64,000 bases of DNA from Candidatus Peregrinibacteria bacterium (GCA_030700255.1 JAUYJN010000043.1:16785-80784); one strand, 5' to 3'; shown: positions 34,360 through 44,617, counted from the first letter of the stretch. Program-made: numbers and translations. Notes: generated by a model not told the origin, from the letters alone.

Positions 34360-34995
34360 ATGAAAAAAGAAAAAATCATAGAAATATTTGAAATGCTTCG
34401 TCGATTGTATCCGAATCCAAAACCCGCATTGGATCACAAAGATGCATTTACTTTGCTCATTGCAGTTATTTTGTCGGCTCAATGTACCGATGAGCGTGTA
34501 AATAAAGTGACGCCGAATTTGTTTCCCAAATATGATTCTCCTGAGAAAATTTTGGAACTTGGAATCGAAAAATTAAAAGAAATTATTCATAGCTGTGGAT
34601 TTTTTAATGCGAAGGCCGGAAGTATTATTGGGATGTGCCATGGATTGCTTGAAAATCATAATGGGCAGGTTCCAAGTACTTTGGATGAACTTATCAAACT
34701 TCCAGGTGTTGGGCGTAAGACTGCTTCTGTTGTTCTTTGCCAATGGTTCAAGGTTCCAACAGTCCCTGTTGATACTCATGTGCACCGGATTACAAATCGA
34801 CTTGGATTGGTTAAGACGAAAACTCCGGAAAAAACAGAGTTTGCTTTTCGAAAAGTTGTTCCGGAAAAATATTGGATAGATGGTCATTTGCAGATAATTT
34901 TTCATGGTCGACAAACTTGTATTTCTCGTAAACCAAAATGCAGCGAATGCGCCCTCAAAGATTTGTGTGAGTGGGTGGAAAAAGAGAGGTACTGA
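34360..34995 (+). CDS. nth: Endonuclease III
   Basis: MKKEKIIEIFEMLRRLYPNPKPAL..., LIAVILSAQCTDERVNKV, HhH-GPD LPGVGRKTASVV and a 4Fe-4S Cys cluster CISRKPKCSECALKDLC. The track start 34303 overlaps comEC and is probably an artefactual extension. Confidence 0.92.
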   Translation: MKKEKIIEIFEMLRRLYPNPKPALDHKDAFTLLIAVILSAQCTDERVNKVTPNLFPKYDSPEKILELGIEKLKEIIHSCGFFNAKAGSIIGMCHGLLENHNGQVPSTLDELIKLPGVGRKTASVVLCQWFKVPTVPVDTHVHRITNRLGLVKTKTPEKTEFAFRKVVPEKYWIDGHLQIIFHGRQTCISRKPKCSECALKDLCEWVEKERY

Positions 34996-35109
34996 TTGTT
35001 AGCTGCTTTAATTTTTCAAATTGAGAAATGTAACGCTTTTATTTGGGATTATATGTTTTTTTCTAAGCAAGGATAGATGTAGTTTAATTCATGCATCTCC
35101 ATTTTTTTA

Positions 35110-36186
35110 TCATAGTTTCTTTTCAACATATTTTAAGTTTATCGAATGCACTATATCGTGGTGCTCGCGACAAAGTGGAGCGAGCAAGTGTGGGTCATGA
35201 CTTCCTGAGATAGCAAATGGCACTTTGTGATGAATATGTACTGATTTTTTGGTGCAACTCGACACCGAACATCTATCTCCAAATTCTTGCTTTAAAACTT
35301 TCTTCACCCCCACAGATAATCGTCGATTGGCAGCCTTCCCATCCATTTTTCTCTTCGCCTCTTTCGCATCCTCATTTGCCACCACTTTCGCCTTATTTTC
35401 AGCTAAATCCTCTTTACATTTCTGTAAAAATTCTCTAAATAAATCATCGATGCTTATACCTCTCGCCTGCAGCTCAAGTAGATTTTCAAGTGTTTCTTCG
35501 GACAGTTTTAGCTGAAGTTTTTTGGTCGGCAATGCCTCCCTCAAACCCACATCGATTTGACTTATCGCTGTATTTATTTCTACATAAGATTTGTGCACGT
35601 GCACAGACTTAGGGTCATTCAGCGGCTCAAGAGAGCCATTTTTAGTCTTTGCCTCCGAACTTTTCTCGTCAAAATCGAAACTGTTTTCATCAAAATCATG
35701 CTTCACCCCAAACCTGCTTTTTACATCTCGAACGTACGTTTCAACTGTCCTGCAAGCGAGTTTTGTCACAGCTTCCACCAAGTCAATTTCATCGATCAAG
35801 TCGACTATTGAAGCGATTCTCGCCAATTTATTTGAACTTACTTCTCCATTTACGAGTATTTTACGCAACAATGGTTTCTCAATAAAACGATCACTCAAAT
35901 TAACAACTCGATCGACATGTTCACGACTTACCCCTCCGTATTTGGCTGCGAATTCGTATATGGATTTGCATTTTTTCTTCTCAAAAAGTTTTCTTTTTTT
36001 CACTTCAGGTAAAAGTCCGATAAATTTCCGTCGAAAGCGGATAGCATTCTCTCCATATTCTTTACAGAGACACATAAGTTGTATGTCTGAAAAATTTTCG
36101 ACGTCAGAATCAATTTTTCTTTTAAGATTTATAGGTGTGGTTTGCAAAGTAGCTATATCGGAATTTTTTGTTGCTGCATTTTTCAT
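35110..36186 (-). CDS. HNH endonuclease-domain protein (paralog 1)
   Basis: C-terminus DRCSVSSCTKKSVHIHHKVPFAISGSHDPHLLAPLCREHHDIVH (HNH). Paralogous to 49826..50800. The start is set at the ATG (36184-36186) inside the shared aatcaaaaaaYcATG context. The track ORF extends to 36357. Confidence 0.8.
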   Translation of the reverse strand: MKNAATKNSDIATLQTTPINLKRKIDSDVENFSDIQLMCLCKEYGENAIRFRRKFIGLLPEVKKRKLFEKKKCKSIYEFAAKYGGVSREHVDRVVNLSDRFIEKPLLRKILVNGEVSSNKLARIASIVDLIDEIDLVEAVTKLACRTVETYVRDVKSRFGVKHDFDENSFDFDEKSSEAKTKNGSLEPLNDPKSVHVHKSYVEINTAISQIDVGLREALPTKKLQLKLSEETLENLLELQARGISIDDLFREFLQKCKEDLAENKAKVVANEDAKEAKRKMDGKAANRRLSVGVKKVLKQEFGDRCSVSSCTKKSVHIHHKVPFAISGSHDPHLLAPLCREHHDIVHSINLKYVEKKL

Positions 36187-36404
36187 GGTTTTTTGATTAA
36201 TAAATATTGTTGTTTTATTGATGGTTATGTTTTGCATCCTTTTTTGCTCACCGCTGATGGTAGAATAGGCAATGCAGGTTTTACCTTTTGTTTTGAGATA
36301 GAATAATACCATCCCTTCACCATTCCAGGTCAAGCCTAAAAGGCTGAAAAACGCCAATCAGAAGCCAAAAGTTACAACTTTGGCTTGCGCTAAAATCCAA
36401 ACAT
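36187..36404 (-). repeat. Conserved upstream leader of HNH paralog 1
   Basis: Minus strand tttggattttagcgcaag...ttttggctt...cttgacctggaatggtgaagggatggtattattc aligns with 49686-49825 on the plus strand. The frame is not conserved between the copies. Confidence 0.7.
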
Positions 36405-36417
36405 TACACGGTGAGTA

Positions 36418-36446
36418 TTGACTTACTCGCCTAGTGACGGTATAGT
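36418..36446 (+). promoter_or_regulatory. Sigma70-type promoter for the 36555 gene / flavodoxin-OFOR block
   Basis: TTGACT (36418-36423), 17-nt spacer, TATAGT (36441-36446). Confidence 0.5.
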
Positions 36447-36554
36447 TGAATTTCAGTGTCGTGGAATGTAGTAATTCAGAGGCTTCTTAGATTTCCTGTC
36501 TTGACTTTATGTGGTTTTAAGTTATTGTTACGTCTCTTGTTTTAAGAAATCAAT

Positions 36555-37370
36555 ATGAATAAAAGTGGAAAATTTACAGTTGCTGCATTAGGTGCTCTTG
36601 CACTTATTGGTATTGCTTCACAATGTGGTGATGATACTCAAAACTTTGGACTAGATTCGTCAAATCATGATGGGCCAGGTACGATTAATAGAAAAGCTAA
36701 AGCTCCTAATCAGCTATCTCTAGCAGATCAAAGAAGGCGTGAGTATGCAACGGATCGTTTGAAAACACGAGAGCAATTGAAGGGTTTATTTACAGACCCT
36801 GACGAGCTAGATGCCTTAACTGGCCTTGAGGGCGGTCAATTACCATGTTTTGGAGGAGGTAATATGTCACCGAATAGTATCTATCCTGTGTATGATGAAT
36901 TTACAAGTTGTCTTGATGGCCTTGCCCCGGAAGTAAGGGAGGCAGTTGATGCTTTGTTTTGGAGAAGGGGTGATCTTGATAAAAATGTTCGTAAACTTGA
37001 AGCTCAAGATTATGCTATGGAGACCGTGATGGAAGTGGTGATGCCAGGTGCGTTTAAGTCTTTGCAGGATGACGGATGGACTATTATGGACCGTATTACT
37101 GATGCTAAGACTAATGCTTTTCAAGTTGATTTGAGTGGCGTTGTTCCTGAGGATGATTTGTTTCAAAATATCGATATACGTTTTGGGACGACGTATGGCA
37201 GTGATGACCCTCTTGTGAGAGATCCGAGCGATATCTATGTGCAATACACGGCTCGTATCACTGATTACGGTATCGATCGCGCAAATCGTCCTGATGAATT
37301 TGTTGCAGATTCTCCAGAAGAATTATGGCGTCTTATCGTTGAATGGTTGAATGCGACTTATCGTCGTTAA
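36555..37370 (+). CDS. Hypothetical secreted protein or lipoprotein
   Basis: 271 aa. N-terminus MNKSGKFTVAALGALALIGIASQCGDD (signal peptide with Cys). No family recognised. Confidence 0.55.
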   Translation: MNKSGKFTVAALGALALIGIASQCGDDTQNFGLDSSNHDGPGTINRKAKAPNQLSLADQRRREYATDRLKTREQLKGLFTDPDELDALTGLEGGQLPCFGGGNMSPNSIYPVYDEFTSCLDGLAPEVREAVDALFWRRGDLDKNVRKLEAQDYAMETVMEVVMPGAFKSLQDDGWTIMDRITDAKTNAFQVDLSGVVPEDDLFQNIDIRFGTTYGSDDPLVRDPSDIYVQYTARITDYGIDRANRPDEFVADSPEELWRLIVEWLNATYRR

Positions 37371-37452
37371 TAATTTCTCGAGATTTCCTTATAGGTTGTA
37401 AGATTTTTTGTTTCTGATATGTTTTTATTGTCAAAAATAAAAATATATAAAT

Positions 37453-37920
37453 ATGGCTAGTGTTTCGATTATATATGGTTCGACAGGTGGTAATACCGAG
37501 ATGGTGGCGGAGGCTGTGCAATGCGCCTTAGAAGATGGGGGGTGTAAAGTTGGCTTGATGAGAGTTGAGAGGTATTCTATTGAGGAGCTTTTTTCTGCTA
37601 TTGAAAATAGTGATTTATTTATAATTGCAGCTCCGACTTATGGGCATGGTGAAATGCAGGAGGACTTGAAACCATTTTTGCATGAACTTAAGAGTTATGA
37701 TTTAAAAGGTAAAAAATGTGCGGTTATAGGTCTTGGAGAGGCTAAATATGATGCACATTATCATATTGCGGCCGTGCCGATTATCGAAGAAATTATAAAA
37801 GATGCGAATGGTGAATTTATTTTTAGGCCGCTTCGTATCAGTGGGAGTCCGGTTGCGAACTTGGATCGGTTGATTCCACTTTGGACAAAGGGGCTGATTG
37901 AAGAAATTTCTAAAATTTAA
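37453..37920 (+). CDS. Short-chain flavodoxin
   Basis: 155 aa. SIIYGSTGGNTEMVAE matches the flavodoxin FMN-binding signature. Length is typical. Confidence 0.85.
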   Translation: MASVSIIYGSTGGNTEMVAEAVQCALEDGGCKVGLMRVERYSIEELFSAIENSDLFIIAAPTYGHGEMQEDLKPFLHELKSYDLKGKKCAVIGLGEAKYDAHYHIAAVPIIEEIIKDANGEFIFRPLRISGSPVANLDRLIPLWTKGLIEEISKI

Positions 37921-37925
37921 AGCTA

Positions 37926-39752
37926 ATGTTTAGGACGACGTTAAAAATAGCGGGTGAAAGTGGAATGGGGCTTGTCTCTGTTGGTACGATTTTGACGAAA
38001 GCTCTTAAGAATTTAGGATTTTATATAAATATGGATCGGGAATATCCATCTTTGATTAAGGGTGGACATTCGAATTTGCAAATAGATTTTGATGATGATC
38101 CGGTGCATTGTTTGTCTACAACGATTGATATTGTGATGGCGCTCGATAAGGTTGGACTCGATGCATATGTGGACATAGTGAGAGAGGGTGGGGTTTTGAT
38201 TCATGGATATGAAAAGCGAGAACTTTTGAAAGATCTTGAAGATCGTGCCGCGGCTCGAAATGTTAAATTGGTTTATTTGCCGGCCCGGCAAGTTGCGTAT
38301 TCTTTTGATGGAACTGAATTGATGGTGAATATGGTGCTACTTGGTATGCTTTGGAGAGTGCTTGGATTTGATTATGCTGTTTTGGAGGATTTGGTTAAGG
38401 AGCAGTTTGCAAGCAAGCCGGCTTTATTGAAGATTGATCTTGAATGTCTTGAAGTTGGTTACAAAGGTGAATTTAAATTTGAAGAAATTGATGAGAAAGT
38501 TGATTTTCCTGAGATGAATATTAAACTTCCGGAAAGTAAGCCGGAGACTATCTTGGTCGATGGGAATTGGGCGATCGCGATAGGTGCTATACAGTGTGGG
38601 GTGCGCGCTTACTACGCATATCCTATGAGTCCTGCCAGTTCGATTTTGACACATCTTGCTGAGTATGCTGATGAAACCGGTATGCTTGTAAAACAAGCTG
38701 AAGATGAAATTACTTCTGCACAAATGGCAGTTGGTTCTATGTTTGCAGGGACGCGCGCGCTAGTTGGTACTTCCGGTGGAGGGTTTGACCTTATGACTGA
38801 AACACTTTCACTTGCAGGTATGATTGAGTGTCCATTTGTTGTAGTTATCGCACAGAGGCCGGGTCCTGCAACCGGACTTCCCACTTGGACGGGGCAGGGC
38901 GATTTGAATCTTGCAATTCATAGTTCTCATGGAGAATTTGCTCGCATCGTCATAGCTGCCAGTGATCAAACCTCTTGCTTCGAATTAATTCAACATGCGA
39001 TGAATTACGCTGAAATCTTTCAAGTGCCGGTTGTATTTTTGACAGAAAAAGTTATAGCTGAAACGAAGACTACAGTGCCTGTTTTCAAACAAGGTGAGAT
39101 TCCTATTGAGAGAGGGCTAGTTACAGATGAGGCGGAGTTGGCTACACTTGAAAGTGCAGATAGATTTCGAATTACAGAAAATGGGATTTCAAAACGTTGG
39201 GTACCGGGAAGTACAAAAACATTTTATTTTGGTAATGGGGATGAGCACAAAGAAGATGGGCGTTTGACTGAAGAAGCTTACGCAGCAGCGGCTATGTATG
39301 CGAAACGAATTAGAAAAATGGATGCTATACTTGAAGCTTTGCCTGAGCCGGTTGTATATGGGTTTGATCCAGATAGTGGAACTGTATGTGATGTTTCCAC
39401 GCCAGGGAAAGGACACGCGGATGCGTGTCTGTCATTTATAGGATGGGGTAGCACTAAATCTACGATGATTGATGTGATTGAAGAATGTGAAAAACAAGGA
39501 GTGAAAGTGAATTATTTACACTATGAATATTTGTACCCTTTGAAAACTTCGGTGTTGAAACAATTTATAAAAGCGAATGGTAATGTTTGTTTGATAGAAG
39601 GTAATTATACAGGGCAGCTTGGAGATTTGATAAAATTAAAACTTCAAGATGAAGAGGTGTTATTTAAATTTAAAAAACAATTTTTCAAATATAATGGTCG
39701 ACCATTTTTCCTTGAGGAGGTAATGGAATTTATTATGAAAAATAAAAAATAA
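37926..39752 (+). CDS. 2-oxoacid:ferredoxin/flavodoxin oxidoreductase, fused gamma-alpha subunit
   Basis: 608 aa. N-terminal gamma-type domain (LKIAGESGMGLVSVGTILTKAL...EYPSLIKGGHS), then an alpha domain (GNWAIAIGAIQCGVRAYYAYPMSPASSI). Confidence 0.9.
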   Translation: MFRTTLKIAGESGMGLVSVGTILTKALKNLGFYINMDREYPSLIKGGHSNLQIDFDDDPVHCLSTTIDIVMALDKVGLDAYVDIVREGGVLIHGYEKRELLKDLEDRAAARNVKLVYLPARQVAYSFDGTELMVNMVLLGMLWRVLGFDYAVLEDLVKEQFASKPALLKIDLECLEVGYKGEFKFEEIDEKVDFPEMNIKLPESKPETILVDGNWAIAIGAIQCGVRAYYAYPMSPASSILTHLAEYADETGMLVKQAEDEITSAQMAVGSMFAGTRALVGTSGGGFDLMTETLSLAGMIECPFVVVIAQRPGPATGLPTWTGQGDLNLAIHSSHGEFARIVIAASDQTSCFELIQHAMNYAEIFQVPVVFLTEKVIAETKTTVPVFKQGEIPIERGLVTDEAELATLESADRFRITENGISKRWVPGSTKTFYFGNGDEHKEDGRLTEEAYAAAAMYAKRIRKMDAILEALPEPVVYGFDPDSGTVCDVSTPGKGHADACLSFIGWGSTKSTMIDVIEECEKQGVKVNYLHYEYLYPLKTSVLKQFIKANGNVCLIEGNYTGQLGDLIKLKLQDEEVLFKFKKQFFKYNGRPFFLEEVMEFIMKNKK

Positions 39753-39793
39753 TTTTGTGTATTATGGGATGTAATTCAAATACAAATAGTGAT

Positions 39794-40681
39794 ATGAAAA
39801 AACTTTCAGAGATGAAGGCGGAATATACGGCGTTTGATTATCCTGAGGTTCTGACTTGGTGTGGAGGCTGTGGAAATATGGGTATTCAAAATGCTCTTAG
39901 GAGGGCATTTACATTGGAAGGTTTGACCGTGAATGATCTGCTACTTTGTTATGACATTGGTTGCAATGGAAATGGTTCTGACAAACTTGCGACTTATTCT
40001 TTACATGGATTACATGGCCGTATTATTAGTGCCGCCGCTGGCGTAGCACTCGCTAACTCTAGACTTAAAGTCTTAGCTTTTGCAGGAGATGGTGGGACTA
40101 TGAGTGAAGGTATTAATCACTTAATACATTCTGTTCGTAATGATTATCCTATGGTTTTTGTGCTCCATAACAATCAAAACTACGGGCTTACAACAGGGCA
40201 AGCGTCTGCGACAACTCGCAAAGGATACAAGATGAATGCTTCTCCGGATGGAGTCGCAAATGAGCCGATGAATCCTTCTGAATTTGTGCTTGGTCTTGAT
40301 GCGACATTCGTCGCGCGCACTTTTTCCGGAGATACCAAACACATGACAAAAGTCTTGAGAGCTGCTCTAAATCACAAAGGTTTTGCATTCGTAGAAATTA
40401 TGCAGATGTGTCCGACTTATAACAAAGCAACTCCAATAAATTGGTTCTGGGATAGAATAAAATATGTCGATGATATAGAAGGGTATGACGAGACAAATTT
40501 AAAAATGGCAAAAGATGCAGCGTTTGATATTTATGAAAAATTAAGTATGGGAGTTTTGTATCGCGATAAAAAAACACCTAATTTTGTGGAGCGTTTGATT
40601 TCACGTAAAGATAAAAAAACCGCTCTAATCGATGAAGTACAGCATTATGACGTGAGTCACTTTATGGATAGATTCAAATAG
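39794..40681 (+). CDS. 2-oxoacid:ferredoxin oxidoreductase, beta (TPP-binding) subunit
   Basis: TWCGGCGNMGIQ, GDGG..SEGINHL and other TPP-binding features. The start is ambiguous (TTG 39755, ATG 39764 or ATG 39794); ATG 39794 gives the usual distance to the CxGCG motif. Confidence 0.88.
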   Translation: MKKLSEMKAEYTAFDYPEVLTWCGGCGNMGIQNALRRAFTLEGLTVNDLLLCYDIGCNGNGSDKLATYSLHGLHGRIISAAAGVALANSRLKVLAFAGDGGTMSEGINHLIHSVRNDYPMVFVLHNNQNYGLTTGQASATTRKGYKMNASPDGVANEPMNPSEFVLGLDATFVARTFSGDTKHMTKVLRAALNHKGFAFVEIMQMCPTYNKATPINWFWDRIKYVDDIEGYDETNLKMAKDAAFDIYEKLSMGVLYRDKKTPNFVERLISRKDKKTALIDEVQHYDVSHFMDRFK

Positions 40682-40687
40682 TCGTTT

Positions 40688-41215
40688 TTATTTTTGAAGT
40701 TTTGCGAGAATTGCTTCCCCGAACTCGGTGGCTTTGTCAGGGCCGCTTGCTGTTATAATACGACCGTCTGTGATTACTCCGCTTGATTGGTATAGACAGT
40801 GGCCGGCGCAGAGTTGTGGCTTGGCACCTGACCATACGGTAGCAGCTTTGCCGACCAGTAATCCTGCATTTGCAAGTATTACCGGAGCGAGACAGATAGC
40901 TGCTACGAGTTTACTATTGTTATAAAAATCCCATGATAATTTGTGTGCGTTTTTGTCATTTAGATAAGTCTCCGCTCCTGCTCCACCTATAAATGCTATT
41001 ACATCAAACTCCTCTTCCGGCTTTGCATTCTCTTTGAAAAGTTCATCAAAAAGCATGTCTACATGTACTTCTTTTTTTTCAACTGAACTCACTGCAATTT
41101 TTTCTTTTGAAGTTGTGATAACTTCATGTCCCGCCGCTTCAAGTATTACCTTTGGTTCAAAATATTCCTCATCTCGAAACCCATCATACCCAATTACCAT
41201 TAGAATTTTTGCCAT
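40688..41215 (-). CDS. DJ-1/PfpI family protein
   Basis: 175 aa. Nucleophile-elbow context VAAICLAPVILANAGLL and IAFIGGAG. Confidence 0.85.
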   Translation of the reverse strand: MAKILMVIGYDGFRDEEYFEPKVILEAAGHEVITTSKEKIAVSSVEKKEVHVDMLFDELFKENAKPEEEFDVIAFIGGAGAETYLNDKNAHKLSWDFYNNSKLVAAICLAPVILANAGLLVGKAATVWSGAKPQLCAGHCLYQSSGVITDGRIITASGPDKATEFGEAILAKLQK

Positions 41216-41242
41216 TACGTGAATAGTTAGATTGTCTACATC

Positions 41243-42229
41243 CTATATGATTTTCATTTTTCTTACAATTTCTTCTTCGAGGCGTCCCGGTATTGTGAAG
41301 CCGGCGGCCTTTTTGTGACCACCTCCACCAAATACTCCTGTGATTTGACTTAAGTCGACGTCATCTCTTTGGGTGCGGCATGAGCCTTTTACATTGCCTT
41401 GTAAATCCTCGGATAGGAGTATGCAAAATTTAGATTCCGGTAAAGTATTCAAATAATCTATAACTCCGGAGGCATCGTTTGGTTCCAGATTCAATTCTCT
41501 TAAATCTTTTTCCATTAAGTTTGAGACCAGTACGTTTTTGTCATTTAGGCGCGCGCGCGATAGCGCGCGCCCCCATAATCTTAATTTGTTTACGGACGCT
41601 GTCTTGAATAAATATTTCACAACTTTTTCATAATCAGCTCCGCGTAACATTAGTTCCGACATTACTTGCAACACTTCTGCGGTAGTATTTGAATGTTTGA
41701 ACGAACCGGTATCATAATAAAGCCCTGCAACCAAGCTTGTCGCCATTTCGTTCGTGATGACTATATTTAAAAATCTAAATACAAAATATAGAACTAGTGA
41801 TGTTGCGGCAGCTTCTCGGTCAACGATGTTCACACTTCCAAACATATCATTTGTCGCATGATGATCTATATTTATTAGAGGAGGTTGCCCCTGAAGAATT
41901 TTTGGCATTTTCTCATGGTATTTTACCAAATAATGAGCTCCGCAGTCCACACTGATAAGTAGGTCATAACTACTGATTTCTTCCCAAGTTAAATCTTGTT
42001 TAAATTGGTCACTATATTTTATAAACTTTAGCATTTCAGGGACTGCGTCAGCACATGCACTATCTACAGTTTTCCCGAGGCTCTCAAGTCCCAGTCGGAG
42101 CGCACTATTTGCCCCTACAGAATCAGCATCAGGATTTCTATGAGAAATTATGAGAATACGCTCCGCTTTTTCGATAAGCTCTCGAGCTGATTTTAATTCT
42201 TCTATACTAAGTTGTACTCTGTGATTCAT
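41243..42229 (-). CDS. nrnA: DHH-family phosphoesterase (NrnA-like oligoribonuclease/pAp phosphatase)
   Basis: 328 aa. Contains HRNPDADSVGA, NIDHHATN (DHH) and GGGHKKAAGF (DHHA1). Confidence 0.85.
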   Translation of the reverse strand: MNHRVQLSIEELKSARELIEKAERILIISHRNPDADSVGANSALRLGLESLGKTVDSACADAVPEMLKFIKYSDQFKQDLTWEEISSYDLLISVDCGAHYLVKYHEKMPKILQGQPPLINIDHHATNDMFGSVNIVDREAAATSLVLYFVFRFLNIVITNEMATSLVAGLYYDTGSFKHSNTTAEVLQVMSELMLRGADYEKVVKYLFKTASVNKLRLWGRALSRARLNDKNVLVSNLMEKDLRELNLEPNDASGVIDYLNTLPESKFCILLSEDLQGNVKGSCRTQRDDVDLSQITGVFGGGGHKKAAGFTIPGRLEEEIVRKMKII

Positions 42230-42364
42230 TATGTTCCTTAAAAATAAGACTTCAATATAGTGAAAATAATATCACTAGGGAATCTACTCTTGTTGTGTGT
42301 ATGGCAAAGAAGTTGTACAACCTGCTATCTCTGCAAGGAATTGGTACTTTAGGCAAGATGAATC

Positions 42365-42655
42365 TTAAGATTTCTTGAGTTTTTGTATTTTTTTCTTAAT
42401 TTCTTTTGGAAACATTCGGCCAAAGAGTTTCCCGTTTATCATAGTTGATGGTCCCTGTGAGCAGTTACCTAGACAGCCGCATGCTGTGAGTTCGATGTTT
42501 CCATCAGGAGTTGTATTGCCAATCTCTATGTCGAGCTCTTTTTCTGCAGCTTTGATAGTGTCTGCACAAAAATTTCTTTTACAGGCACCTGATGCACAAA
42601 TTTTAATTGTGTTCTTTGCGTCTGATGGCTCTGTTGTGAGTATGTAGTCCGGCAT
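42365..42655 (-). CDS. Thioredoxin-like [2Fe-2S] ferredoxin
   Basis: 96 aa. Cys pattern CASGAC ... ACGCLGNC (C-x4-C ... C-x3-C) as in the NuoE/2Fe-2S thioredoxin-like family. Confidence 0.7.
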   Translation of the reverse strand: MPDYILTTEPSDAKNTIKICASGACKRNFCADTIKAAEKELDIEIGNTTPDGNIELTACGCLGNCSQGPSTMINGKLFGRMFPKEIKKKIQKLKKS

Positions 42656-42657
42656 AT

Positions 42658-42981
42658 TTATAAATCAAGAATAAATCCAAGCTCAAGTTTAGCATCGTCT
42701 GACATTAGATCCTGTGTCCAGGGTGGTTCAAATACAACTTCGACAATTACATCTTTTGTACCTTCGACTTCACGGACACGCGTTTCGATTTCTATAGGAA
42801 AAGTTTCTGCCACCGGGCAGTTTGGTGTAGTCAGCGTCATCGTAACAACTATATTATTATCATCATCAATATCGACCCCATAAATCAATCCAAGATCATA
42901 TACGTTGATCGCAATCTCCGGATCGTATACGGTTTTTAGTGCTTCTATAATTTCTTGTTTTAATTCCTCTTTAGTTTTCAT
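42658..42981 (-). CDS. sufT: DUF59/SufT-like Fe-S assembly protein
   Basis: 107 aa. Contains VYDPEIAINVYDLGLIY...TLTTPNCPVAE. Confidence 0.8.
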   Translation of the reverse strand: MKTKEELKQEIIEALKTVYDPEIAINVYDLGLIYGVDIDDDNNIVVTMTLTTPNCPVAETFPIEIETRVREVEGTKDVIVEVVFEPPWTQDLMSDDAKLELGFILDL

Positions 42982-43373
42982 TATGTGGATTTGATTTTTT
43001 CTATCATTGCGCTTAGGCCATTTGCGCGAGTAGGGGAGAGATGTTCTTTGAGGCCTATTGTTTCAATAAAATTGAAATCGGTATTTTTTATCTCTTTAGG
43101 AGATTTATCTTGCACTACTTTGAGAATCAGTGCAATGAGTCCTTTTGTTATTATAGCGTCTGAGTCTGCAAAAAAATGTACTGTATCGTTTTGTAATTTT
43201 GGATAAAGCCATACGTTTGATTGGCAGCCGTGTACTTTGAATTCTTCAGTTTTAAAATCTTCCGGCATAGCTGGAAGTGATTTGCCAAGGTCGATAATAT
43301 GCTGGTATTTGTCTTCCCAGTTATCGAAAAATTCGAACTCTGAAATTATTTCTGCTTGAATTTGTTGTGTCAT
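42981..43373 (-). CDS. sufE: Cysteine desulfuration protein SufE
   Basis: 130 aa. Contains KVHGCQSNVWLY with the persulfide-acceptor Cys. Confidence 0.85.
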   Translation of the reverse strand: MTQQIQAEIISEFEFFDNWEDKYQHIIDLGKSLPAMPEDFKTEEFKVHGCQSNVWLYPKLQNDTVHFFADSDAIITKGLIALILKVVQDKSPKEIKNTDFNFIETIGLKEHLSPTRANGLSAMIEKIKST

Positions 43374-43379
43374 TTTAAT

Positions 43380-44615
43380 TTAGCTTAGCATCTCTTTGGC
43401 TTTTTTTATCCCTGCGATTAAGCGGTCTACTTCTTTTTTTGTATTATAACATGCAAATGAAGCGCGGATTGTTCCAGGGACTTTGAGGTATTCCATGAGG
43501 GGTTCGGTGCAATGATTTCCAGTGCGAATTGCGATGCCCATGCGGTCGAGCAAAGCTCCAATATCAGATGGGTGAAGGCATTCATTTGAGTCACCTTTTG
43601 TAATTATAAATGAAATTACTCCGGCTTTGTTTTTTGCAGTTCCGATGATTTTTAAATGTTCAATTTCTTGTAATTTTTTTGTCGCATATTCCAGTAGTTC
43701 TGATTCGTATTTTTGAATTTCTTCGATACCGATTTCTTCTATAAATTCAATTGCGGCCTTGAGGCCGATGGCTCCGGCGACGTTGGGAGTCCCTGCTTCA
43801 AATTTATAAGGAGCGGCTTTGTAAGTGGTTTTTTCAAGTGTGACTTTTTCTATCATTTCGCCTCCGCCCTGATATGGGATCATGTCATTTAGTAATTCTG
43901 ATTTTCCATATAGAACTCCGATCCCCATAGGGCCATACATTTTGTGTCCGGAGAAACAATAAAAATCAGCATTTAGATCTTCGACGTCAATTTTTATGTG
44001 TGGCATAGCTTGAGCTCCATCTACCAAAACCAGTGTTCCATTTTCATGTGCTCCGTGAGCAATTTCCTTGATAGGATTTACTGTGCCGAGTGTATTTGAA
44101 ACGTGCGTAATCGCAACTAATTTAGTTTTTTCATTTAACAAGCTTTCATAATGTTTCATGTCAAATTCACCATTCCCATCTGTTCTTACGGCATGTATTC
44201 GCATTCCTGTGAGTGCTGAAAGCATTTGCCAAGGTACGAAATTACTATGGTGTTCTGCGATAGAAATTATCATCTCATCTCCTTGTAATATATTTCGTCT
44301 TCCAAATGTCATCGCAACCAAGTTGATTGATTCGGTAGTGCCTTTTGTAAAAACTATTTCATCGGTTTTTGCATTTATAAATTCTGCGACTTTGGAGCGA
44401 GCCCCCTCGTATGCATCAGTAGCTTTTTGACTTAAACTGTGTACTCCGCGGTGCACATTCGCATTGCTGGTTTTGTAATAACCACCTATAGCTTCAATTA
44501 CGCTGAGTGGCTTCTGAGTCGTTGCCGCATTGTCTAAATACACAAGCGGAAGTCCGCATACTTCCTCTGTTAGAATTGGAAATTCTTCTCTGATTTTTTC
44601 GATGTTGTATGTCAT
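43380..44615 (-). CDS. sufS: Cysteine desulfurase SufS (class V aminotransferase)
   Basis: MTYNIEKIREEFPIL..., the PLP-Lys context FSGHKMYGP, and the C-terminal RTGNHCTEP active-site Cys loop. The start is set at the ATG 3 nt after the sufD stop. Confidence 0.93.
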   Translation of the reverse strand: MTYNIEKIREEFPILTEEVCGLPLVYLDNAATTQKPLSVIEAIGGYYKTSNANVHRGVHSLSQKATDAYEGARSKVAEFINAKTDEIVFTKGTTESINLVAMTFGRRNILQGDEMIISIAEHHSNFVPWQMLSALTGMRIHAVRTDGNGEFDMKHYESLLNEKTKLVAITHVSNTLGTVNPIKEIAHGAHENGTLVLVDGAQAMPHIKIDVEDLNADFYCFSGHKMYGPMGIGVLYGKSELLNDMIPYQGGGEMIEKVTLEKTTYKAAPYKFEAGTPNVAGAIGLKAAIEFIEEIGIEEIQKYESELLEYATKKLQEIEHLKIIGTAKNKAGVISFIITKGDSNECLHPSDIGALLDRMGIAIRTGNHCTEPLMEYLKVPGTIRASFACYNTKKEVDRLIAGIKKAKEMLS

Positions 44616-44617
44616 TT

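Noticed and set aside
35110-36404. IscB/HEARO (OMEGA) system: an HNH ORF with a conserved upstream RNA
   Set aside because: The proteins (about 325-360 aa) show no RuvC-like motifs or bridge helix, only a C-terminal HNH and a DUF222-like N-terminal region. The leader shows no compensatory pairing between the two copies. They are treated as HNH paralogs with a conserved leader of unknown role.
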